A stretch of 64,000 nt of DNA from Flaccisagitta enflata (lineage: Eukaryota): the NCBI GenBank assembly GCA_965153355.1, contig OZ231126.1, positions 3,534,001 to 3,598,000 on the forward strand, read 5' to 3'. Of this stretch, positions 1-29,900 are shown piece by piece; the stretch's first letter is position 1, and every line of letters begins with the position of its first letter. The position numbers were made by a program, and so were the translations under genes. Below the pieces are notes generated by a model. The model did not search any database. It was given only the letters and a program-made list of their open reading frames with translations, and had not been told where the DNA came from.

Positions 1-384
1 ATTTATTGATATACATACATTCCTTTTTTATAAATAGAAATAGTACTAATAACATTTTATTTGTAAAACATGATGCACAATAAAAAACTTTTTTATTTGT
101 CATTGATGACAGAATTGTTGCATTCCAGGTTTCTCCACAACGAAAAATACTCAATTTCAAAGCTGCTCTGATGAGAAAAAAAACCAAAAAAAAATACAGC
201 AATAATTTTAGCCATTCCATTAACAATCTGTGATAACTGTAAAAAGATCACCAACAATACTCCAAAACATAACAAAAACAGCAAAAAAAAACCAAAAACA
301 GCAAAAAAACATAAGACAAAAACGAACAAATTGACAAAAAACAAAACAAAACAAACAAAACAAACAACAACATCAAAACAAAAG

Positions 385-810
385 ATGACGTCTGTATTTT
401 CGTTCGAAGATTTGCCGATTGTTTGTCACGCTTGGAACCCAGATGCCTCTCTTCTTGCCATCTCTCAAAACTCAAACGAAATCAAAATCTACGCTAGAAA
501 CAACAACAACAACAACGACAGCAATGATGCGGATCCCTTCAAGCTGCTGCACACGCTCGTCGAGCATACGGGCAAAGTGTTGAGCTTGGCTTGGAGTCGC
601 TCGTCGGATAAGCTGATATCCGGTGGCGCCGATCGAAACGCCTTCGTGTGGACGTTGGAGGAAAATGTGTGGAAGCCGAGGCTCGTCATTTTGAGACTGA
701 AAAGAGCGGCGACGAGTGTTAAATGGTCACCCAATGAAAATAAGGTGAAAGCAGGTTGTTGTTGTGGTTGTTGTTGTTGTTGTTGATACTTTGTTGTTGT
801 TGTTGTTGTT

Positions 811-854
<44 letters not shown>

Positions 855-935
855 CGTCGTTGTCGTGCCGTTGTTGTTGTTGCTGTTGTTGTTGTTGCCG
901 TTATTGTTGTTGCTGTCGTTGTTGCCGCCATCTTG

Positions 936-966
<31 letters not shown>

Positions 967-1174
967 TGCTGTTGCTGTTGTTGTTGTTGTTGTTATGTTG
1001 TTGTTGTTGTTGTTGTTGTTCTTGTTGTTGTTGTTCTTGTTGTTCTTGTTGTTGAGCTAATCTGCCGCGTCCCGTCATTTTGAGATTGAAAAGAGCAGCG
1101 ACGAGTGTCAAGTGGTCATTCAATGAAAAAAAGTTATTGTTGTTGTTGTTGTTGTTGTTACATATGTTGCTGTT

Positions 1175-1205
<31 letters not shown>

Positions 1206-1857
1206 TTGTTGTTGCTGTTGTTGGCTTGCTGTTGGTTTATTGTTGATGACTTGCTTCTGATAACTTATTGGCGGATATGGATGCCGCTAAAATTGACTTG
1301 CTGCTGCTTATAATTGACTTGTTGTTGTCGTTGGCCTGTAAAGCTCAACACAGTCAGGCAAGAGACACACCATATCTTTATGTTCTATAATTGGCTCATT
1401 GACCCGTTGCACTGTCCTTTCCTGTCACATTTCCCCCCCCCCTTCCCTTTCCTCCTCCTCTTCTGCCTCATCCGTCCCCCCTGCTCTTCCTCTTCCTCTT
1501 CCTCATTCTCCATTTCCCCCATCACAACAACAACGCGTTTTCAAAAACAGTTCGTTTGCGGATCTGGCGATAAAATGGCGGCCGTTTGTTACTACGACGC
1601 TGATCAAGATTTTTGGGTCTCCAAACACGCCAAGAAGAACGTCACGTCGACGATCGGTTGCGTCGACTGGCATCCCAACAACATCCTCGTCGCCACGGGC
1701 AGTTCCGACTTTCGCGTCCGCGTCTTCAGCGGCTTCGTCCGCGAGATCGAGGACAAGCCGTCGGCGACCCCTTGGGGAAGCAGGATGCCGTTTGGCGAGG
1801 AGATGGCGTCTTTTACGTGCGGAGGTTGGGTCCATGACGTCGCGTTTTCCCCTTCCG
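385..1857 (+). CDS. ARPC1: Second copy of ARPC1 exons 1-2 (385-744, 1551-1857), partial; uncollapsed haplotype or tandem duplicate
   Basis: Same protein as 9259-10797 apart from a poly-Asn run two residues shorter. Intact GT-AG sites. No copy of exons 3-7 occurs before the second exon 1 at 9259. Confidence 0.8.
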
Positions 1858-1863
1858 GTTAGT

Positions 1864-2835
<972 letters not shown>

Positions 2836-3124
2836 AGCTGAATAAAAAGAGAGATAACGTTAACAATAGATATATAAATAAATAGATAGAAAATGAGCTA
2901 GAAAGCTAGATTTGCTCCCTTCCAGATAAGATCATAAGTGACTACACCTTAATAATGGTACACTTGCGGTTTCGGTTAAACCATACTTATACAAACCGTG
3001 AACACGACGACAAAAATTTCTCCCGCTTAAACGTATTCTCCGAAACCAAAACAATAAACAAACCATTAGCTTGAGACGTTACCGAAGAAAGCAGTCGAAG
3101 CGTCAGAATCTCTCAAGAAAAAAA

Positions 3125-3366
3125 TCCTCCGCATCTGGAATAAAGCACTGTGCGTTTTTTTTATACTTCATGATTTTATTTGGAAACCTTATATGTAAAC
3201 GACTTAAATGTTAGATTGCTGATATTTATATAAAGGTTTCCTGATGATTGCAGATCTTGTATCTCTACCTAAACCTGAACTTTAGAGACATAAATTTATT
3301 TAATAAAAAAAAGTGCAAAAATTTAGATCAACCCAAAAGTACAGTGTTTTTGTCCAGATGGAAGAA
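3125..3366. mobile_element. Small palindromic MITE ending ~20 bp upstream of the peptide-gene ATG (also at ~11335-11574)
   Basis: catctggaataaagcactgt / acagtgtttttgtccagatg inverted arms. Confidence 0.6.
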
Positions 3367-3387
3367 TAAGAACAAAAGAGCAAGAAA

Positions 3388-4285
3388 ATGAAAATTTGTC
3401 TTCTGCTTCTGGCTGCGCTTATTGCGCTCTCTGTCGGGTAAGCAGCAGGAACCTCAGCGACTGATTTTTTTGTAAGCCCTAGAACCGCGGGTCGTTCTAA
3501 ATGTTTGTAATTAGCTATAGCTGTATGTTATTAACTGTTTGTAATTAACTGATATGCATTAAGGGATGAGTAACGTAATTTTGCACGAAACTGTTTATCG
3601 CAGGGCAAAGCTGCCAAATCGACAAGCCGACAAAGACACCGATGATGACACCGATGACAACATTGATGACAACACCGATGATGAGCCGGAACCAACGACA
3701 CCAGAACCAGATCTCCTGATCACTCCCAAATTTTTCGAAGACGTCTTGAAGAAAACAGGACATAGTAAAAACACCCAGTTTGTTTTGATGCATTATATGT
3801 AGTATTTAACTTAATGTAAGGATTTGATATTGCCAATATCGCCTTTAGTTAAATAAATTAATCAATCAAATTAAGTTGAATCATTATTATTGACCTTCAA
3901 TAGGATACGTTACTTAAAATCATCATATCAAAAGGATACTTGTAATTATCATATCAAAAGGATACGTTACTTAAAATCATCATATCAAAAGGATACTTGT
4001 AATTATCATATCAAAAGGATACGTTACTTAAAAAGTTATACTTTATCATATCAAGTTTCTTATTCAAATTACATCATACTCTCCAACTGTTTCTCTCCTT
4101 TTTCAGAGGACTTCATCGACACGAAATGCTACAGTCTTCTCATGCTGTGTTGGTTGGACAAAGCCGGTACATTTGCGACAAATGAAGGAGTTCCCGTCTT
4201 TGAAGCATACAATTACTTGGAGCAATGCTGCCTAGAATCCGAACCGTGCGAAATGGTTAACCCGATGTGTCCCATCTACACGTGA
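3388..4285 (+). CDS. Duplicate copy of the secreted Cys-rich precursor gene, 129 aa
   Basis: Exons 3388-3437, 3604-3764, 4107-4285; coding sequence appears identical to 11596-12495. Confidence 0.72.
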
Positions 4286-7200
4286 CCGGGTTGACGGCGA
4301 TGGAAAGGTTAAGTCGAGGTGCAATCGAAGACAAAATTTAATCAGTCAACATGTTTTTCAGCAATATTGTAGATATTGTTAATTTGCATGTTTCATCAAT
4401 GAAAAATGATGATTAGTTTATGTTTAAACTATTTTTGCATTAAAACTATTATTGTGTCCAAAGTAACCATGAAATGTGAGGATAAAGAACAGAAAAAAAC
4501 AGTTTTTAAGGAAAACCTTTTTTTATAACCTGACATATCTTGGGTAAAATTATAACTTTGCATAGAGATTTAAAAATTATCATTTTCAAAAACATGGCAT
4601 CATTCTAAAGACTCATAAGATAAGGGCCATGCGTTTAAAAATGCAAAATTTTGCATTCAGAAGCTGAATTATAATTTTACCCAACAACTTTCTGAACTTT
4701 TCCTCTTATTTTAAAGAGAAATTCTCATGTTTTATTGAATAACATTGGTCTTTATGAATATGCAATAGAAATTTTTTATATTGTGATCATATTCCTATAT
4801 TCTTAAATAAATCAGGAGTATGATTTTTTTTATTACAAAATTTATTACCTACTTGGATATCTATATATATCAGTTTTATGTAAATGAAAATCAAATTTTG
4901 TCTTCGTTTGCACCCCAACTTAACCCGATGTGTCCCATCTACACGTGACCGGGTTGATGCATGATGCCCCCTTCCAGCTTCGACATTCGATATTCTTTCT
5001 ACGAAGAGATGATTGTTATATTGAAATCTGTTTCATTATAAAATGTCATTGTCTGTTAAGGATGTGTACGTTATGATATAACCTGTAACCATGGAAAAAA
5101 AAAGTAGACGCAATGTTTTGATTGTTGATTGCTTGGTAACTAAAAATGGTAAACCCTTAAAATCTATGATGGTTTTAAAGAGCGTCGAAAGATCTTTCAT
5201 TCGAGCTCTGGAACATTCTACTTCTAGCTCAAAATTTTAGAAGTTATGATATTCTAAAGACAACTACTTAAAAATCTCGAATATGTTAAGAAATGTTTTT
5301 AGAGTAACCAACTTTGAATTAATACAGCCTTTAAAAACGAAGCAGAATCAAGAATTTTAAGCTGGTTTCATCTGTAGAGTGATAAAATACTTATCTTTTT
5401 ACCTTAAATTTTATTTGATTTATTTCATTACTTCCTTCTACAGAAAAAGTAAGTAAAATAGTGCCTTGTTCAAGGATGATGAAATCTGCTCTTTTTGGCA
5501 TTTCGAGTAACCCCGATCTCGGTCTAACTCTGTCTGCTCCTACGGCCCTGACTAACTCGGTTGAAACCCTTTGTCTCGATACGACGTAGACAATGGTAAA
5601 AGAGGTGGTAATTGTGCTACAAGGCCACTTTATCAGTCATTAAGAATTAGCTTCCCAAGCCTTCATAAAGTATAAATACGCAGAAAATTAATGCTGAGAT
5701 ATTTTCATATCTTCCTGTTTGAAAAATATACAGAAAACGAAAAGGACTGACTCTAATGAGGCTAAATTCAGCTAAAAATGTACTACTGAAAAAGTGGTGA
5801 TGAATCTTATGTCATTTCATTGGTCTAGATTTGCAGAGCTTTTGAAGTTTAAAAAGCTCACAGATTTCAAGTTAAAAACTAGCAATATTGCACACTGTAA
5901 CAATGAAGACTACTATTTTCTCAAAAGATCGTAACAGACTTTAGGAGTTAGTAGCAGCGAGCATTGTTTCCATGATTTTATCGTCAGAGAGAACAATCAC
6001 GACCTTTACCAACCATTCACTCCTGATAAAGTTGAAAAATGTAGTCGAGATGATGATGGGATCAAGTAGTAAAAAGCAGTCTGGCAATGATAGTTGAGTC
6101 GCGCCATTCCCCAAGATATCTCCCCGAAAACAGGCGGAGAATGAATTTTCAGCGGCGCCTCAATCGCATCTCACTCAACGAAGATCCTTGACTCTTGCGC
6201 GCCGACTGCCGTACTTTACGATCGCGTGGCTGGTCCACAAGCAGCACGGCAACGGTCGGTTAACTGATTGATCGATGTTGACACCAATCTCATCAGAATT
6301 TCGTAGTATCTGGCTTCATCGGCGTGCGAATCGAGAAAAAGACACCGAAACCAATCACGATAGTACCCGGCGAATACTCCTCCTTGAATAAGGTGACTCG
6401 GCAATCAGCCGTTAAACGCTCTCTGATCAGACAAAACCGGGGAATGAGGAGCAGCGAGAGGCGGATTAACCATGGGGGCAGGGGCGAGGCACTGGACGTC
6501 GGGCCGAGATCGGACAGGCGGTGATTGATGCCGGGAGGAGAGGAAGAAAGATCAGGCAATGTAGGCGAACGATTTTGGTTAGGAGAGAAGAAAAGCTGGG
6601 ACGAGATTGGATAAAGAATCCATTGAAGGGGATAACAGTTTTGCAAGTGGGCTCATCAAGCAGGGGACGTGGAATCTGATCTAGGGCTGGAATTTGAGCT
6701 AAATTAAGTGCAAAAATAGATTTAGACAATGGAACCGCGTCTCTTACCATAACGGTATCCTTGCGTTGCAAAAATACACGATATTACACCTATTTTAGCT
6801 TCAATCGCTAAAAAACTCCTACCGTTTGTCTGAGTCGTTTACCGCTATTGATCTTCTTTCGCACATATCGTCACTATCCAGCATCTGAGTCACACGGCGT
6901 TCTCACGGTGAATCTTCAGAACCATGCTCTCTTCCACAATACCTTCAAATTGTAATACGGGGCGCTCATTAGCTCAGGTTTGCGAGTCTGTTCGAGCTGC
7001 GAAGTTGATGATGAGATCTCGCCGGCGCACTAGGCAGCGTCGTCGTCGCCGATCCGCGATAATGCGGCGTGGGAAGCGATAGCGGCGGCGGCGTCGTTCA
7101 GCTCAGCGGGCGAATGCGGGAAAATATGCTTTTGAGTTAAGTTCAACTTCGTTCCGAACATCGGGATTCGCGTTATTTTTCTTTCACGAGTCATCTTTCA

Positions 7201-8194
7201 AGCTTCGCCGAAACATCTTTGTTACAACGGTATTCAAATTCTTCTGCGCAGAAGCCATTTTATCTTGGATGTCGGACATGCTCTGAATCATACCTTCTGT
7301 GTTCGTTTGAATAACATAGAGCTTTTTCTACAGTTTCACATGCCCATTTGATGTATAAATCCATTGCAAAATAAAGCAAAAAAATCTGTATGGCGCTTTT
7401 TTGATAAATCTCATTTTTTTTACCATGATGAAATACATGTTGTTGTACTTTTTTCCAATATTGCATGAATGCCTTTGTTTTGCTTATAACTTCTACAGAA
7501 ATTGGAGAAAATCCCTATGGTTGGTCTCATTTGATAGATCTTTCGAAAGGCTTTCCAAATGTCACTGATTTTTTGTGGATTCATCAAAAAACAACCTTGT
7601 CATGTATTGCCAAAGTTGATACGGTGGTACAAGTTGATGTAGCATTTCATATTTTACATAAACACACTTGTTTTACGTATAATTGCCTAATGGATAAACC
7701 TTCAGGCCTCTGATTTGGATTTTTTTTTTCTAAAACTTAAGTGGAAAGCAAAAAATAATTTTTAATCAAGGTACAACAGAACAACAATTTCTTTTTTTGA
7801 TTTTTTTTTGCGTCTTCAACGTTAAAGCTTATATTTTCTTTATAATTCAGCATATGAAATTGTTATGATGAGAAAATCAAAGAACATAAACTTGGCGGCA
7901 TATAAATTCTAGTGTGCTACAGCATTTGCCAATGTAAAAAAAAATAAAACAAAAAGAAGTTATCATCTCGAATTGTCATTTTACTTCGTTTTGTCTGCTT
8001 TTTTGTCTTTTACGCAACTTATATCTCATCAATACGTGTGAATGAGTAATGGTGTCAATGGAACATGCATTTGCTATTGTTTGCTCTTTCATAGTCTACT
8101 TATTTGAATATCTGCGTGTTTGCCCCTTTTAGAACGTTAAATCGCCCTGCAGAAACACTGTTTTACAATTTCATTCATTTGCAAGAAAATTTTG

Positions 8195-8402
<208 letters not shown>

Positions 8403-9258
8403 CTTTTTTATCCTTTTGGTGCTTGGATTTTTCATCGATGAATTTTCAATTCCTAGTCTACCGATCCTTTTTTTTCCCTTTTTTTCGAATACCGATTCAA
8501 ACTTTGGTGTTCTACCAGATTCCAAAAGCGAACGAAATCCACCGAATACGAATGTTGTTCCAACTATTTCAAGTACAAAAAAAAAAACAAAGAACAAAAT
8601 GTTTGCCACTTTTTGCCTTGGGAGGGAATTTGGAATTTTAGTAATGTTGCAAATTCTCTTTTATTTTTGGTTTGGCATTTAGAAATTCAGGTCTTTTACG
8701 TCATTCTTATACGTTTTTAGTGATGTCGTGCCTTTTTTGCAAAAAGAAAAAAATGCTTGCCTCTTTGCTAAAGAAAAAATTATGCTTGCCTTATTCTTTT
8801 CTTACTGCTGTCTTTTTTTTCTTTTTTAGACATGCCACGCCAACCTGGCTCTTACAGTCAACTATTATTATTTATTGATATACATACATTCCTTTTTTAT
8901 AAATAGAAATAGTACTAATAACATTTTATTTGTAAAACATGATGCACAATAAAAAACTTTTTTATTTGTCATTGATGACAGAATTGTTGCATTCCAGGTT
9001 TCTTCACAACGAAAAATACTCAATTTCAAAGCTGCTCTGATGAGAAAAAAAACAAACAAAAAACACAGCAATATGTAATTTTAGTCATTCCATTAACAAT
9101 CTGTGATAACTGTAAAAAGATCACCAACGATACTCCAAAACATAACAAAAAACAGCAAAAAAAAAAACAAAAACAAAAACAAAAGCATAAGATAAAAACG
9201 AACAAATTGACAAAAAAAAACATAACAAACAAAACAAACAACAACATCAAAACAAAAG

Positions 9259-22825
<13,567 letters not shown>

Positions 22826-23149
22826 ACATTCGAAAGCGGAAAGAAGGGAGACGAAGGAAAGAAGGAAAAAAGGAAAAAAGGAAAGAAGGAAAAACTGAAA
22901 GAATCAAAGAAAGAATCAAAGAATGAAAGGAAGAGAGAAGGAAAGGAAACATGGCCGGATAAACGGCCAATACCAGTTGCGGACGGGTGGGCAGGGGCGG
23001 AAATGCGCGTTTTCATACTTTCCAACTTGATCACCATGGACCGACGGACAGACGGACCAACGGCGGGACGGACAAAGCCTCGGTCTTATAGAGTTGCGTA
23101 TCCGCAACTAGAAAAAGAGAAATAAAGAAAGAACGAAGGAACTACAGCG

Positions 23150-23865
23150 AAATAGTCGCAAAAGCGTTAGATGGTCAGCGGTACCCGTTGCCCCTATGTG
23201 CGTATGTGTTATTGTGTGATGGTTAGAGGGGCAGCGGCCCCGAAGGGGCCGATGACCTATGCTTTGTAGGTTTTGAGGCTCTAAACTTGAATTTGAGCAT
23301 CAATTATGGGATTCAAGTGAGCCTCAAGGTTGTGACTTGAGCCTCGAGGTTGTGATTTGAGCCAAGATGCTGAAATTTGAGCCTTGAGTCAAGGATTTGA
23401 GCCTCAAGGCTGGGATTTGAGCCAAGATGCTGGGATTTGTGCCTCAAGGCTGGGATTTGTGCCTCAAGGCTGGGATTTGAGCCTCCAGGCAGGGATTTGT
23501 GCCTTGAGGCTGGGGTTTGAGCCTCGAGGCTGGGGTTTGAGCCTCGAGGCTGGGGTTTGGGCCTCAAGACTGGGGATTGAGCCTCGAGGCTGGGGTTTGA
23601 GCCTTGAAACTGGGATTTGAGCCTCGAGGCTGGGATTTGAGCCTCCAGGCTGGGATTTGAGCCTCCAGGCTGGGATTTGAGCCTCCAGGCTGGGATTTGA
23701 GCCTCCAGGCTGGGATTTGAGCCTCCAGGCTAGGATTTGAGCCTCCAGGCTGGGATTTGAGCCTCCAGGCTGGGATTTGAGCCTCAAGGGGGGGGGACAG
23801 ACGGAGAAGGAGAAGAAGGAGTGTGAAAGCATAGGTCATCGGCCCCTTCGGGGCCGCTGCCCAAA
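23150..23865 (-). mobile_element. HINE-like element, family B variant, with 20-bp minisatellite (gcctccaggctgggatttga)n
   Basis: Inverted repeat gggcagcggccccgaaggggccgatgacctatgc; shared terminal gggcaacgggtaccgctgacca on the minus strand; terminal hairpin cgcttttgcg. Confidence 0.72.
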
Positions 23866-23969
23866 AAGGGAGACAGACAGACCGATAGACAGAGAGCAAA
23901 AAAAGAAAGAAATACAGTATGATTGTTTTTGTTTGTAACATTTCATGACAACATAATTCCAAAAGTAAT

Positions 23970-24625
23970 TAAAATAATTCTGAAAAAAGTTCTTAAAAGA
24001 CTATGAAAATACATTTTATAACAGATCAATCAAAGGATCTACTTAGAAAAATATGATTCTCTCATAAAAAAATGAACTATAGGACCAACTTGATAAATTG
24101 TCAAATTGAAAAATTTTGCAAAATTTAACAGATGGACTGTTTACCTTTAAATTACTCTCATTTCTAAACGGTTTGAGCTACAGATGCCAGATTGGTCTCA
24201 AATGAAAGATAATTTGATGTAGTTAAAAGGTTTTCTCAAAAGTAAGCACTGATTTGATGTTTTGAATACAACTTATTAACTATAGGCAGGTACTTTTGTT
24301 AAATTTTCAAAAATGATCCCATTTCTTTTATGTTTGTTATGATACATGTTTCCAAATGGGTTTCTTTCTTTTTATTTTCTAAAACTACTTCAAATTATCT
24401 TTCATTTGAGACCAACCTGGTATCCGTAGGTCAAACCGATTAAAAATAAGAGCAATCCAAAGAAAAACAGTTTATCTCAAAATATGAAAAACAGTTCATT
24501 TTAGCTAAATTTGCCTTACAACTAATAGTAAGAAATCTGGATCAAATTTTCGGTGAAAAGTCTTGGGAGTTTCATATCATAAAATGTATTTTCAACATCT
24601 TTCACTGTCTTTTTTCAGAATATGA
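23970..24625. mobile_element. Degenerate foldback MITE
   Basis: ggtctcaaatgaaagataatttga / tcaaattatctttcatttgagacc, plus outer arms attctgaaaaaag / cttttttcagaat. Ends approximate. Confidence 0.6.
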
Positions 24626-25572
24626 ATATCTCTACAACTTTTCAAGTTATCTCGTCATTAAATGTTACAAACGAAAACAATCATACTGTAAATAAAAGGG
24701 AAAAAGGAACAAAAGAAAGAAACCAAAGAAAGAAGACAAAGAAGACAAAGAAAACAAAGAAAATCAAAGAAAAAGAAAAAGAAAGAAACGAAATAAACTC
24801 AAACGTTACTCGCCTTGAAAGTGGGGGGCGTCAGGAAGTCCAGAAAACTGTGGTTCGATATTTGAGACTGAGTGAGTCAGTGAGTCATTCGTCTCAGAAT
24901 CAACAAATCATCAAACTAAGAAACACAACCCCCTCAAAGATGCAAACATTATTCAAAATAAAAACGACGTAAAATTTTCATCATATCAGATGACTTTCTA
25001 GCATATCGACATGCTTATGACTCTCTTATCAGAGTGGTTTTTGTCGCGTGTACGCGACTCTACAACCCGATATAGTATCCGTCGGTTGGTCTCTCCATTG
25101 GTCAGTCAGTCAATCCATTGCATATTGGTTTCTTTTTCTAAATTTTTTATACAACTTTTGCCTAAACTAGTTTTTAGCCTTCACCGCCTCCTGCCCACCC
25201 GCACGCGACTTGGGTAGCCCAGTATCCGGCCTTGTTCATCACCGAATCCTGCCCACCCGTACGCGACTTGGGTAGCCCCGTATCCGGCCTTGTTTTGCTT
25301 TGACTAATCCCGCCCAAATTGAAGTCCAGCAATTACACTCTTCTAATTCTATCTCTTTCTTTCTCTTTTGATCATTAGATTCTTTTTTTTCTTCTTCTCC
25401 ACCTTTTCTTTTTTCCTCATCTTTAGTTTTTTTTCTTTGGTAGTTTGGTTGTTGTCCATTTCTTTGTTCATATTTTCATTTTCAGATTGCGCAACTTCTG
25501 ACTCAGTGATGACTCATCGTACTCATCAGTTTCATCGCGATTTGATCCATCGTTTTCCGCGCACTTTTTGTC

Positions 25573-25629
<57 letters not shown>

Positions 25630-25637
25630 TTATCTAT

Positions 25638-25742
<105 letters not shown>

Positions 25743-26204
25743 TTTTTAGTCGCGGACAAGCGACTCTATAAGAGGCTTTGTCCGTCCGTCGGTTGGTTGG
25801 TCCGTCGGTTGGTTGGTCCGTTGGTCGGTCGGTCCGTCACGCTCGAGTTGAAAAGGATCGCAAAGTGTAAAAACGCGCATTCTCGCCCCTGCCCACCCGT
25901 CCGCGACTGGTTTTGGCCGTGTATCCGGCCTTGTTTTTTTTGCCATCTTTTTCCATCTGAACACTAAACGCTCAATCAATGTTTCTCGCGCCTTCTCCAT
26001 ATTTCTTAATCTATTCCTTTTCTTTGTTATATTTTGACTTTTCTTTCATTTTCGTTAAGAATCATTACCAATAAAAATATTGCTCGTATAACCGTTTGAT
26101 GTATCTTAGTTATGTGAGAAACCTCAAAATTGTGGCAAAAATTCGATTGGAGCCAAGAAAGAAAAAGTCCGAAAGAAGAAGCAGAAGAAGAAGAAGAAGA
26201 AGAA

Positions 26205-26251
<47 letters not shown>

Positions 26252-26606
26252 AGAAGAAGAAGAGGAAGGAAAAGAAGAAGACGAAGAAAGAGAAGAAGGA
26301 GAAGAAGAAGGAGAGGGGGCAGAAGAAATCAAAGAGAAAGTAAGGCAAGAAAAGGAAAAGAAGAAAAATGAATTTAAAAAAAGGACAAGAAAAAGTAGAT
26401 TTGAGGATAATTTAGGAGTTTTGCGGAAGAAACAAAGCCTCCCCCAAATTGACGACTTTTCACTGTTTCGTTCTTCAGCTCTGTCTCCATCTTTCTCATT
26501 CTTTCTGTCTCTTTGTTTGACTGTCTCTTTTACTGTTTCACTCATCATTTCTGTCTTTCTGTCTTTCTGTCTTTCTTTTTTTCGGTCAAGTCTACCGTCT
26601 AGTTTT

Positions 26607-26951
<345 letters not shown>

Positions 26952-29900
26952 ACTTCCTGCTGATGACTTTTTTTCTCCTTCTTTTCCTTTTTTCTCAGTC
27001 TTGCTTTCCTCTCATTTAATTAGTACTTTTTCCTTTAAGTTATTTCTGTGTCTTTTTTCCCTTTTCATCGTCGTTTTGATGTTTGTTTACTTTTCATCCG
27101 GCTTCCCCTTTTTCACTCAAATCCAAAAAAAATCTACATTTCCAACTACTTTGTCTTTTCTCTTCTTTCCCCCTCTTCCCCTCTCTATTACCCTTTCTCC
27201 CTCTTCTTTACTCTATACCCATCTCCCCCTCCCCCCAGTTTACTCATTTTGTGTCCTTCAGCCAACAAATTATCTTCCTTCCTCCTAGTCCTCTTCCTCC
27301 TCCTCTTCCTCTTCTTGCTCCTGGATTTGTCCTCAACTTTTGCCACTGAATATCGCCTTATCAATTTATCAATGTCATTTTATCATTATGCTGATTATAG
27401 CTATCACATTTTTTATTCATATAGCATCACTAAAGCATATCATTCTGAAGATTATCATGTCCACTATCATCATCTCTATCATCATCATCAGCATCGTTAT
27501 CATCATCATTATCATAATCATCATCTTTCTCATCATCAGTATTATCCGCCTCCTCATCATTATTATCCCCATCATTATCATTATCATCATTATCATCATC
27601 ATTATCATGATCCTCATCATCAGCATTATCTTCCTCCTCATCATCATCATAATCAATTAATCATCCTCATCATTATCATCTTCGTCATCATTATCATTAT
27701 CATCAAAGTTTTGCCTCTGCCGGTCTACAAACAAGATTCACATCAACCAGAGAAACCTCAGATTCTAGACAGAAATCCGTCTTCAAGATTTGGCTACTAT
27801 TTGACTCGTTAAAAATTCCGTAGAAAAAAATCATTTTCCTTTTGTTTTTAAACAATTCAACAAAATCATTATTGTTTCTTTTTGTGCTGTCTACATAAAA
27901 TACTTAGTTATAGATTATCTTCAAAAAAGGGTTAAGAACTCCGTCCTTTTCTTCAATTATCGATTCATGATAAGAGAAAAGAAATTTAACCCTCTAGGTC
28001 AATGAAAAAGCAATGATAGTGATGTAAAAGCCATTGGGAAGAGTAGATCAGTGAAACAAAAATTTGTTTCTAAAGAAGCGTGAAATGATTTATGATAAGC
28101 TAGCCAATTCAAGATTTTATTTTTTTTATTTTTTGGTAATCAATATAGATCAACATATTCATGAACCAGGCAGTAAAGTCGAATCTTGCTTTGGCATCTC
28201 ATCTTCCAATCTTTTTTTTATAAAGGTAAAAAATTTTGGCGTGGAATTTACATAAAAGAGGCGAATTTCGTCTTAAAGGGTCAATGTTGTTTTTCACATT
28301 CTGTTGATCTCGAAAAACATCGTTCATCTACGCAAATTGCAAATCTGCCAAAAGGACATAAAGGATAGAAAAATCATCTTATCATTTTTCTTTTTAGTTG
28401 CGGACACGCAAGTTTAAAGAGGCTTTGTTCGTCTGTTGGTCCGTCCGTTGGTACGTCCATCTGTCAGTCCGTTGGTCCGGGGTCATCGAGTCAAAAAATG
28501 GAAACACGAACGTTTTATCACATGCACCACATTTAGGCGGAATATGTGGGAACATAGTTATCATAGTAAATATTACTCCAGTGGCATGAAATTTGAACTG
28601 GAGGTAGTTTTTTAGTAGAATTTTCATTTGGTGTCATGATTCAATCATAATTCATTTCTTATAAATAGGGTATTCCAGCCAAGATGATGAAATTTCAATA
28701 TCAAATGTCGCTGATTTTTCCCGCTTTTAAATCAATTGACCCCGAGTAACAGAGAGTGACCAAAATTGACTGACAATCATGCACATGAGTATTTCAGAGT
28801 AATTGGATCGAATATTGCACAGTTTTTGGCCCCTGTTGGATAAACAGACAAAGAATAAAAAATGCAGAAATTTTTTTTTATATGCAGCTTATGCGGGATT
28901 AAATACAGAACTCACTTCTTACATTCATAGGACATCTTTATGTCATTGTTTAAGCCTATGGTGACCTAAATTTAGGTAATATACTTTCTCCATTCAATTG
29001 TGGAGATTTTCTTTTGCTTTTAACGACAATAATAAGACTCGATCCTCGCTTAGTACATCACTTTCCGCCTCAATGTGGCGCATGTTTTAGATACTTTTTG
29101 CGTATGTTTGTGTGTGGGTTGGGGTTGGGATGGGAGTTGGACGCCCCTCCCCACCCATCCGTGAACAATATTGTGACCCCGCGTCACTTGTTTTATACAC
29201 ACATAAACCCCACAATAACGGATGCCAAGGGGCTAACAAATTTCATCCTTTATGGTCAGATTTCTGTTATTACGAACATAAAATTTAAAAGAAAATGACA
29301 TGATGGAACTACAAATTGACATCCATTATCAGCGGAATTCCATTACTTTTGGATTCGTTATGGCGGGGTGTAATTGTACTTCAAATTATACCCAATAAGT
29401 TACTAGTTGAACATTCTTGATAACTATTTTTCAAACATGTTTTGGACCGCTTATTGTGACCCGAGCCTTAACCCTTTGTGGTCTTTTGCATAACTCCACC
29501 CAGTAATCGAAATAACACTTCCAATTCCATAACTGCCCTACCCACTTGCTCGTTATAACACCCCCATAACTGCCCCTGGCCTTGCCCGGTCGCAACCTTT
29601 GACCTTGTCAGGCTTTGTAGATTATCTGAAATTCGACTTTTGCAATTTGCATTTTGCAATATTGTGGGTTAAGTGGCCACGTGGTTGAGATGCGATGACA
29701 CTGCTTTGCAAAAAAAGATGCTTCTCTTTCCACGATTATTCACTGGAAAATGCGAAAAGATCAAATCTCCAGATCTTTTTTTTTCTTTGGTATTTTTGTT
29801 TTTCCTCAAATTCTTTTTCTTTTATTTTTTGTTCTTCTTGGTTTGTCTGATGTTTTTCTTTCTCGCTTTTGCCTCTTTTTTTTTTATGTCGCATGCACGC

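Noticed and set aside
26130-26460. Acidic Glu-rich protein exon (similar case at 32767-33123, minus strand)
   Set aside because: Built on (GAA)n runs; no convincing splice context or domain.
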